Below, one piece after another: positions 34,665 to 40,155 of a stretch of DNA of 40,407 nucleotides. This stretch comes from a virus, in IMG/VR virus record IMGVR_UViG_3300045988_148893, positions 1 through 40,407 of that record; one strand, written 5' to 3'. Position numbers and translations under genes: made by a program. Each line of letters begins with the position of its first letter. Position 1 is the first letter of the stretch. Below the pieces are notes generated by a model. It was not told the origin of the DNA. It did no database searches and worked only from the letters and a program-made list of their open reading frames with translations.

Positions 34665-34703
34665 TCAAGCACAGCCCATATAAATTTCGAATTTTAATGT
34701 CAT
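34665..34703 (-). pseudogene. 12-codon stub with strong RBS (MTLKFEIYMGCA); possible truncated RelE/ParE-like toxin start
   Basis: AGGAGGACACACA precedes the ATG. The reading frame terminates inside the right IR arm. Confidence 0.35.
34670..34685. repeat. Inverted repeat, right arm (CACAGCCCATATAAAT)
   Basis: Partner of 34480-34495. The enclosed segment is 34496-34669 (174 bp). Confidence 0.85.
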
Positions 34704-34714
34704 TGTGTGTCCTC

Positions 34715-34831
34715 CTATAACTTCCACAGTGCCTGCACAATCAAGGCATTGACTGTTAAGCCTTTCTTCTTTGCCAGCTCCTTTAACCTCTTGTGTAACT
34801 CCACTGGTATTCTTATTGTTGTCTGTATCAT
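34715..34831 (-). CDS. Ribbon-helix-helix (Arc/CopG-like) protein, 38 aa
   Basis: MIQTTIRIPVELHKRLKELAKKKGLTVNALIVQALWKL shows a beta-strand then two helices. RBS AAAGGAGAACAGAG. In a different frame from the 74-aa track ORF. Confidence 0.7.
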   Translation of the reverse strand: MIQTTIRIPVELHKRLKELAKKKGLTVNALIVQALWKL

Positions 34832-34860
34832 CTCTGTTCTCCTTTCGTTTTGATACCATA

Positions 34861-34889
34861 ATGATACGACCTTTTTCGAGGTTTGTCAA
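34861..34889 (-). promoter_or_regulatory. Promoter for the RHH gene (TTGACA-17-TATCAT)
   Basis: Minus strand reads TTGACAaacctcgaaaaaggtcgTATCAT, just after the methyltransferase stop. Confidence 0.55.
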
Positions 34890-34911
34890 CAGTTTTCGGC
34901 TAATAATTTCT

Positions 34912-35904
34912 TCACAAATTTATTTTTCCACACATTAAATCTGGTAATAACGCATCTCTTAATTCTGCCAAATACCGATTTTCTTCTTGATTTAAATAGT
35001 AAATGTGTTGCTTCCAGCTATTTAATATCATTATTAAAACGCTAGACAAAATTTCCTTACTTGCATTTTCAAACTTTATTTCATTTTTATTTTTTGATGT
35101 AGCAAAATAATTTTGTTTAATGATTGGTTCTGCTCCCAATTTTTTTAATATTTCATTAAATTCCTTGTTGTCTTCAGCATCTTTTTTATATAAAGCAATA
35201 TCAAAGCCCATTGACTTAGCCAAACTTTCATTTAGTGTCAATTTACACGCATTCTTTTCTTTGACTATTCTGTTGATGTCCTTTGTTATTTCTTCATAAC
35301 TCCTATGAATATTTTCTTCATAAACAATCTTTATGTAACGTCCAGCCAATAAGGTATACTCGTTTTCTTCCATCTCATTAATTGATACATTTTTGCAATA
35401 TCCCGGAATGCTTTTACCCTCAGATATACACTGTAAAACTTCAATTATTGTGTCCTCTGAAAAAACCTTGTATTGCTTTTTATAAACTCTATTTGTATGA
35501 GCCTTACCACCATACTGTCCTCTTTGCTCCCGCTCTTCTATTTGATATTTTTCTTTTAAGTCAATAAATTCAACTGTAGCTGTTGTCTTGTGCTTGTTTA
35601 ATACCAAAATACACGTTCCAACTCCTGTAGCTTCAAACATACTGTCGGGGCACACTATAACTGCTTCAACGTAATTTTTACAGATTAGCTGTTTGCGTAT
35701 TTCCTTTTCTTCTTTTGACTGTAAAACTGATTGTGGAAGAATAAACACACATTTATCTGCTTTTTGCACACCCGACAAAACAAATGCGAAATTTGCATTA
35801 CTATCTGGTGGCACGTCAAACTCTGCAAATCTTGGTTGAATTTGTGCAAATGGTGGACTTTCCCATTTTAAATTAAATGGTGGATTCGATATCAACGCTT
35901 TCAT
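34912..35904 (-). CDS. N6-adenine DNA methyltransferase, C-terminal part (NPPF catalytic motif + HsdS-like TRD/C-terminal helix)
   Basis: MKALISNPPFN.. (motif IV). The C-terminus AELRDALLPDLMCGKINL resembles the conserved end of HsdS. Has its own GGAGG RBS. Confidence 0.7.
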   Translation of the reverse strand: MKALISNPPFNLKWESPPFAQIQPRFAEFDVPPDSNANFAFVLSGVQKADKCVFILPQSVLQSKEEKEIRKQLICKNYVEAVIVCPDSMFEATGVGTCILVLNKHKTTATVEFIDLKEKYQIEEREQRGQYGGKAHTNRVYKKQYKVFSEDTIIEVLQCISEGKSIPGYCKNVSINEMEENEYTLLAGRYIKIVYEENIHRSYEEITKDINRIVKEKNACKLTLNESLAKSMGFDIALYKKDAEDNKEFNEILKKLGAEPIIKQNYFATSKNKNEIKFENASKEILSSVLIMILNSWKQHIYYLNQEENRYLAELRDALLPDLMCGKINL

Positions 35905-36409
35905 TTACTACCTCCAATTTCCCAAATCTTATTCCTTTTTTTATCTTGAATGTGTTAAAAATTTCCTCGCTTAATATGTCTGCGTGATACACAATACATT
36001 CAATGTTTCTAACTGCCATATTGAATAACAGAAATGGAATAACATTTTCATCTAATTCATATAATTCAAATTTGGCATTATGATTTAGATTCCACATTTG
36101 AATTGTCAAAGCCCCACTTCCTGCACACATATCAATTACTTGTTCACTTTCTCCTGCAAGCATTCCTGTTAATCTTGCCAATGAAACTGGTGTATAATCC
36201 TGCTTTTTTTCTTTTCTGTCTGCCAAATAATATTGATATATTTGTTGAAGCCAGTCTTTTGATAAATCATTGGAAACTAATTCCGAAAATTTTTCGTATA
36301 TGTCGTTTCTGTTATCTTTAACAACATCAAATAATTTTTCGGTTATTTCATTTGCGTTTTTTACATTCAATAATTCAAGCGTTTTGTTTAACAATTCTGT
36401 TAAATCCAT
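35873..36409 (-). CDS. N6-adenine DNA methyltransferase, N-terminal part (SAM-binding motif I)
   Basis: VIDMCAGSGALTIQ (motif I). Ends 32 nt inside the next ORF, in a different frame. Confidence 0.7.
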   Translation of the reverse strand: MDLTELLNKTLELLNVKNANEITEKLFDVVKDNRNDIYEKFSELVSNDLSKDWLQQIYQYYLADRKEKKQDYTPVSLARLTGMLAGESEQVIDMCAGSGALTIQMWNLNHNAKFELYELDENVIPFLLFNMAVRNIECIVYHADILSEEIFNTFKIKKGIRFGKLEVVNESVDIESTI

Positions 36410-36430
36410 TGGTTTCTCCTCTTTTCTTTA

Positions 36431-36447
36431 ATCAAATTTAATTTGAT
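36431..36447. promoter_or_regulatory. Operator copy O2: 17-bp perfect palindrome ATCAAATTTAATTTGAT
   Basis: Identical to 36961-36977. Overlaps the Cro-like stop codon, upstream of the methyltransferase RBS. Confidence 0.6.
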
Positions 36448-36647
36448 TTATTTGGTAAAAAAATATAGTCTATTGGCATATTATATAAAGCAGCTAACTC
36501 TTTACCTTGGTTTATTGTTGGTTCGGACGTTCCTTTTTCCCAATTTACTATTGTATTTTTTGAAACGTGCATTTCCTTTGCTACTTTTTCTTGTGTCATT
36601 CCAGCATTAACTCTGGCTGCTGCTAAACTAATCTGTATTTCTGCCAC
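36438..36647 (-). CDS. Cro-like XRE-family HTH regulator (GTG start)
   Basis: AGMTQEKVAKEMHVSKNTIVNWEKG is an HTH_3 pattern. Divergent from the CI-like gene. RBS AGAGGAGAG. Confidence 0.8.
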   Translation of the reverse strand: MAEIQISLAAARVNAGMTQEKVAKEMHVSKNTIVNWEKGTSEPTINQGKELAALYNMPIDYIFLPNKSN

Positions 36648-36663
36648 TTTTATCTCTCCTCTC

Positions 36664-36692
36664 TTTACTTTTAATTAACTTCCTGCTATAAT
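36664..36692 (+). promoter_or_regulatory. Candidate plus-strand promoter TTTACT-17-TATAAT
   Basis: Read directly: -35 at 36664-36669 and -10 at 36687-36692. Faces against the early lytic transcript. Confidence 0.45.
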
Positions 36693-36698
36693 CTTTTT

Positions 36699-36800
36699 AT
36701 CACTTGGGCGACTTAGCAGGAATGTTAAGAAGTGTCGCCCTTGTGTGTGCTTGTTATTTATCGCCCTACTTAGTTATTTAAGTAGGGCTTTTACTTTTTC
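36699..36800 (+). ncRNA. Candidate ~100-nt antisense sRNA ending at an intrinsic terminator
   Basis: Hairpin 1: GGGCGAC..GTCGCCC (36706-36740). Hairpin 2: GCCCTACTTA-gttatt-TAAGTAGGGC (36763-36788), followed by TTTTACTTTTTCTTTT. The T-run exists only on the plus strand. Confidence 0.45.
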
Positions 36801-36914
36801 TTTTGCTTTCTCCAAATCTTCGCTCTCTTCCAAGATTGCTAAGATTTTTCTTGTTTGATTTTCTTCTGTAGTCTGTTTTAATAATTCTGCTAAATTCATT
36901 TCTTCGTATTCCAT
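36774..36914 (-). CDS. Small first ORF of the early operon (46 aa)
   Basis: MEYEEMNLAELLKQTTEENQTRKILAILEESEDLEKAKEKVKALLK. RBS GGAAAGGAGAAAAGAA. Below the track cutoff. Confidence 0.5.
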   Translation of the reverse strand: MEYEEMNLAELLKQTTEENQTRKILAILEESEDLEKAKEKVKALLK

Positions 36915-36953
36915 TTCTTTTCTCCTTTCCTGCTATCTCCTTGCTACTCCTAT

Positions 36954-36982
36954 ATAATATATCAAATTTAATTTGATGTCAA
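36954..36982 (-). promoter_or_regulatory. Early lytic promoter TTGACA-17-TATTAT
   Basis: Minus strand reads TTGACAtcaaattaaatttgataTATTAT. The 17-bp palindrome fills the spacer. Confidence 0.65.
36961..36977. promoter_or_regulatory. Operator copy O1: ATCAAATTTAATTTGAT
   Basis: Perfect 17-bp palindrome within the lytic promoter spacer. A half-site ATCAAATT lies at 36990-36997. Confidence 0.65.
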
Positions 36983-37012
36983 TACTAAAATCAAATTTTT
37001 TTTGTTTTTTCG

Positions 37013-37041
37013 TTGACTTTAATAAAATTAAATTGTATTAT
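37013..37041 (+). promoter_or_regulatory. Repressor promoter TTGACT-17-TATTAT
   Basis: Read directly on the plus strand, 31 nt upstream of the CI-like ATG. Confidence 0.6.
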
Positions 37042-37072
37042 CATTATATAATATAAATAGGAGGTATCTAAT

Positions 37073-37405
37073 ATGAGTGAAGATGTTCAAAAAGAAATAT
37101 TTTCAAGAAATTTGAAAGCTTATATTGCTAATAGTGGAAAAACACAGCTTGAAATAGCCAAAAGTATTGATGTCTCCCCTCAAACATTTAATACTTGGTG
37201 CCAAGGCATTGCTATTCCACGTATGGGAAAAGTACAAGCCTTAGCTGATTACTTTCATATAAATAAATCTGATTTAATAGAAGATAAATCCTCTTTCCCA
37301 GAAGTCAACACTCTTGCAGCACACTTTGAGGGTGAGGAATTTACAGAGGAAGAAATGGATGAAATAAAAAACTTCGTTGAATTTGTAAAGAATAAAAGAA
37401 AGTAG
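37073..37405 (+). CDS. CI-like XRE-family HTH repressor
   Basis: GKTQLEIAKSIDVSPQTFNTWCQG is an HTH_3 pattern. RBS AGGAGG. Followed by an ImmA-like gene. Confidence 0.85.
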   Translation: MSEDVQKEIFSRNLKAYIANSGKTQLEIAKSIDVSPQTFNTWCQGIAIPRMGKVQALADYFHINKSDLIEDKSSFPEVNTLAAHFEGEEFTEEEMDEIKNFVEFVKNKRK

Positions 37406-37456
37406 TCCTTTTTATGGGACACCTAAAAAATTATACTCTAGTGGGGAGGTGATTTC

Positions 37457-37927
37457 TTGAATAAATTAGAACAATTAGAATCAGAAGCCTGCGAGGATGG
37501 TATAAAGATTATTGATTACACTTTTGAAACCCCTAACATTAAAGGATTATATTGCGATGGTGTTGTTGGTATCAGCAATAATTTGGAAAACTCTACACAG
37601 AAACGTTGTGTTTTGGCAGAAGAGATGGGACATCATCATACTTCTAACGGGAATATATTAACTATGAGTTCTACATCCAATCGCCAACAGGAGCATAGAG
37701 CAAGGCTTTGGGGGTATCAGAAATTGATTGATCTAGACAGCATTATTGCAGCTTATGAGAACCACTGCACTAATTTTTATGAGACTGCTGAGTTCTTAAA
37801 CGTAACAGAGCAGTTCCTGGCAGACACCATAAACGCTTATATGCATAAATATGGTTGCTACATAAAACACAAAAGTTACATCATTGAGTTTGGATATAAT
37901 TCAGTTGGTGTGATTAAGACTTTTTGA
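37457..37927 (+). CDS. ImmA/IrrE-like protein (TTG start) with variant metal motif
   Basis: Position directly after the repressor. Core CVLAEEMGHHHTS sits where HExxH is expected (EEMGH). RBS GGGGAGGTG. Confidence 0.6.
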   Translation: MNKLEQLESEACEDGIKIIDYTFETPNIKGLYCDGVVGISNNLENSTQKRCVLAEEMGHHHTSNGNILTMSSTSNRQQEHRARLWGYQKLIDLDSIIAAYENHCTNFYETAEFLNVTEQFLADTINAYMHKYGCYIKHKSYIIEFGYNSVGVIKTF

Positions 37928-38036
37928 CATAAGATGAGTGACTAACTAAAAGCACTTTGAAAATATAATATGCTTACCAGGGGAACCGAAGGGGCGGTTG
38001 GCTGGCTTCTGTATTCTACGAAAGGAGCTGATGCCA

Positions 38037-38126
38037 ATGGTTACATATGGAGATTTATTCGAATTTGTAATTATGCTTTGCGCTGTTATAACTCTTGTAT
38101 TAGCTATCATTAATGCAAAAAAGTAA
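38037..38126 (+). CDS. 29-aa hydrophobic peptide, holin-like / type I toxin-like
   Basis: MVTYGDLFEFVIMLCAVITLVLAIINAKK. AGGAG lies 9 nt upstream. One TM helix with a Lys-Lys C-terminus. Confidence 0.55.
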   Translation: MVTYGDLFEFVIMLCAVITLVLAIINAKK

Positions 38127-38215
38127 CGTCCTCTCTCTGGTAAAGGTAGACGTTACTTCTTAACTTACTATCACAACCAGAAGCTAGGCTCAATCTAGCT
38201 TTCGGTTCTCTTGTT
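38117..38215 (-). ncRNA. Candidate ~100-nt antisense RNA convergent with the toxin-like ORF
   Basis: Would start after the promoter at 38222-38249. Ends at GTAACGTC-N18-GACGTTAC plus T6, a run present only on the minus strand. Overlaps the last codons and 3' UTR of the peptide gene. Confidence 0.5.
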
Positions 38216-38221
38216 AAGTAT

Positions 38222-38249
38222 ATTATATCAAATCGAAGCATTTAGTCAA
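38222..38249 (-). promoter_or_regulatory. Promoter TTGACT-16-TGaTATAAT (extended -10)
   Basis: Minus strand reads TTGACTaaatgcttcgattTGATATAAT. The -35 lies in the first 11-bp tandem repeat. Confidence 0.6.
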
Positions 38250-38284
38250 CGTTTAGTCAATACTTAGTTAATATTTAGTCAACA
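38241..38284. repeat. Four tandem 11-bp repeats (TTTAGTCAAYR)
   Basis: tttagtcaacg / tttagtcaata / cttagttaata / tttagtcaaca. Confidence 0.85.
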
Positions 38285-38355
38285 TTCAACCCCCTCGAAA
38301 TCGAAGGTTTTAGAATCTAAAATAAAAGAGCCAGCCCCTAACGACCAGCTCCAAA

Positions 38356-38394
38356 GTGATACAATATCACCATAGACAAGTCATATTGTATCAC
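38356..38394. repeat. 12-bp perfect inverted repeat GTGATACAATAT-N15-ATATTGTATCAC upstream of the integrase
   Basis: Read directly, about 80 bp upstream of the integrase ATG. Function unknown (operator, or a less likely attP). Confidence 0.8.
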
Positions 38395-38475
38395 ATAATG
38401 GAACATCTGGCAAAGGCTGGGTGTTATTTTTGTACCTATTTTTTAATAAAATCAAATATAAAGGAGTGATATACT

Positions 38476-40062
38476 ATGGCTTATTGTATTTATTTAAGAA
38501 AATCCAGAGCTGATAGAGAGTTAGAACTGCAAGGTTTTGGAGAAACATTAAAACGTCATAGAGATACATTAATTGAATTAGCAAAAAAGAAAAATTTGCC
38601 AATTGGTGAAATCTATGAAGAGGTTGTTTCCGGTGACAGCATTGCTGCAAGACCTCAAATGCAGAGATTACTCAATGATGTATCTGATGGGAAATGGGAG
38701 GGTGTTCTTGTTATGGAAATCGAGCGTCTTGCCCGTGGTGATACTTCTGATCAGGGAATAGTTACCAAGACGTTTACTTATTCCAATACCTTAATCATTA
38801 CCCCGATGAAAACATTTAATCCCACAGATGAATTTGATCAGGAATATTTTGAATTTGGCTTGTATATGTCAAGAAGAGAATATAAGACTATTAAAAGAAG
38901 ATTGCATGCCGGAATGGAAGCAAGTTGCAAGGAAGGTAATTACATACATCATACACCACCATTTGGATATTCCATTATAAAGAACAAAAAATCCAAAGGT
39001 TATAGGCTGGAACCTAAGCCGGGAGAAGCAGAAATTGTAAAGTTGATTTTTCAATGGTATACAAAGGGAATTCTAAAAGAAGATGGCAGTTATGAACTTT
39101 TAGGGACAGCTCGTATTGCAGACAAGTTAAATTCTGAATATTCAATTAAACCCTTAGGTGGTGTTTGGACCATTCCAACAATATCTACCATGCTTAGAAA
39201 CGAACATTATTTAGGATATATTGTTTTTGGGAAAAAGAAGCGAAAAAAGGTTGTTGAAAACGGAATTATCGTCGATAAATGGACACGTAACGAATCCTAT
39301 GGACTATACAAAGGAAAGCATCCTGCTCTTGTATCTCAGGACACATTTAATTTGGCCCAGGAAAGATTATCCAGAAATCCAAGAAGACCTTCAAAAACGA
39401 TAACCAATCCACTTGCCGGTGTAATAAAATGTGGTATGTGTGGAAGAAGTATGTATAGAAGACCTTACCAAAAAAGAGGTCAGTCCGCTTCACTAATATG
39501 CTCTGAAAAAACATGTCATAATGTGTCTTCTGCTTTTTACCTTGTTGAAGATGCTTTGTTAACTGCCATTAAGGAATGGATTGATGGATACGAAATAAAG
39601 GAAGAAGCAAACAAGTATGACACTTCTGTTTTGGAATCCAAGACAAAACTCTTGGAAGAACAGCAAAAGCAATTAATAGCATACAAAAACCAGTTAACAA
39701 AAGTATTTGAAGCTTATGAAAACGGAATATATGATAGTGATACTTTTCTGAACCGACAAAAAACTGTTTCTGAAAGCATTTCTTCTACAGAGGAAGCAAT
39801 TGTTAAGCTTAATAAAGAAATAGCAAATGAGAGAGAAATAATTAGCCATCAGGAGGAGATTATACCAAAGGCTAAAAAGATTTTGGAAATCTACAAAACT
39901 TCTGATGATGTTCAATTGAAAAATGACTTAATGAAGTCTATTCTGGATAAGGTTGTGTATACCAAAACTGCCAACGGACACTTCAAAGACCAAAGACAAG
40001 ATGATTTTAAGCTAGAGCTATTCCCGAAACTGCCCAAGAACAAAGGGAATTCTAGCGAATGA
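38476..40062 (+). CDS. int: Large serine recombinase (integrase)
   Basis: N-terminal resolvase-type domain AYCIYLRKSRAD.. (Ser nucleophile context), recombinase domain, Zn ribbon CGMCGR..CSEKTCHN, C-terminal coiled coil. 528 aa. Confidence 0.9.
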   Translation: MAYCIYLRKSRADRELELQGFGETLKRHRDTLIELAKKKNLPIGEIYEEVVSGDSIAARPQMQRLLNDVSDGKWEGVLVMEIERLARGDTSDQGIVTKTFTYSNTLIITPMKTFNPTDEFDQEYFEFGLYMSRREYKTIKRRLHAGMEASCKEGNYIHHTPPFGYSIIKNKKSKGYRLEPKPGEAEIVKLIFQWYTKGILKEDGSYELLGTARIADKLNSEYSIKPLGGVWTIPTISTMLRNEHYLGYIVFGKKKRKKVVENGIIVDKWTRNESYGLYKGKHPALVSQDTFNLAQERLSRNPRRPSKTITNPLAGVIKCGMCGRSMYRRPYQKRGQSASLICSEKTCHNVSSAFYLVEDALLTAIKEWIDGYEIKEEANKYDTSVLESKTKLLEEQQKQLIAYKNQLTKVFEAYENGIYDSDTFLNRQKTVSESISSTEEAIVKLNKEIANEREIISHQEEIIPKAKKILEIYKTSDDVQLKNDLMKSILDKVVYTKTANGHFKDQRQDDFKLELFPKLPKNKGNSSE

Positions 40063-40105
40063 TATAGTCGAACCACCAACGAACTCGTAGTTTAACTATA
40101 TCATT
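40058..40105. other. Candidate attP core (48 bp, imperfect dyad)
   Basis: AATGATATAGTCGAAC-N16-GTTTAACTATATCATT (14/16 symmetric arms). Even total length with central GA at 40081-40082. Lies between the integrase 3' end and the lysis module. Confidence 0.4.
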
Positions 40106-40107
40106 AG

Positions 40108-40140
40108 TATAAAGGGGACTATTTTAGCCCCCTTTTATAC
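40108..40140. terminator. Bidirectional intrinsic terminator between the integrase and endolysin genes
   Basis: AAAGGGG-N11-CCCCCTTTT, with A/T runs on both sides. Confidence 0.65.
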
Positions 40141-40155
40141 TTAGTTTCTTCTTTA

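Noticed and set aside
34665-34889. 74-aa minus-strand ORF from the track
   Set aside because: Its frame lacks an RBS. A different frame in the same region gives a textbook RHH protein with promoter and RBS (34715-34831). Only the last 12 codons of the 74-aa frame have an RBS, and these are treated as a truncated stub.
38031-38036. Upstream in-frame ATG (MPMVTY..) as the start of the toxin-like peptide
   Set aside because: It is only 3 nt from the AGGAG Shine-Dalgarno. The ATG at 38037 has a 9-nt spacing.
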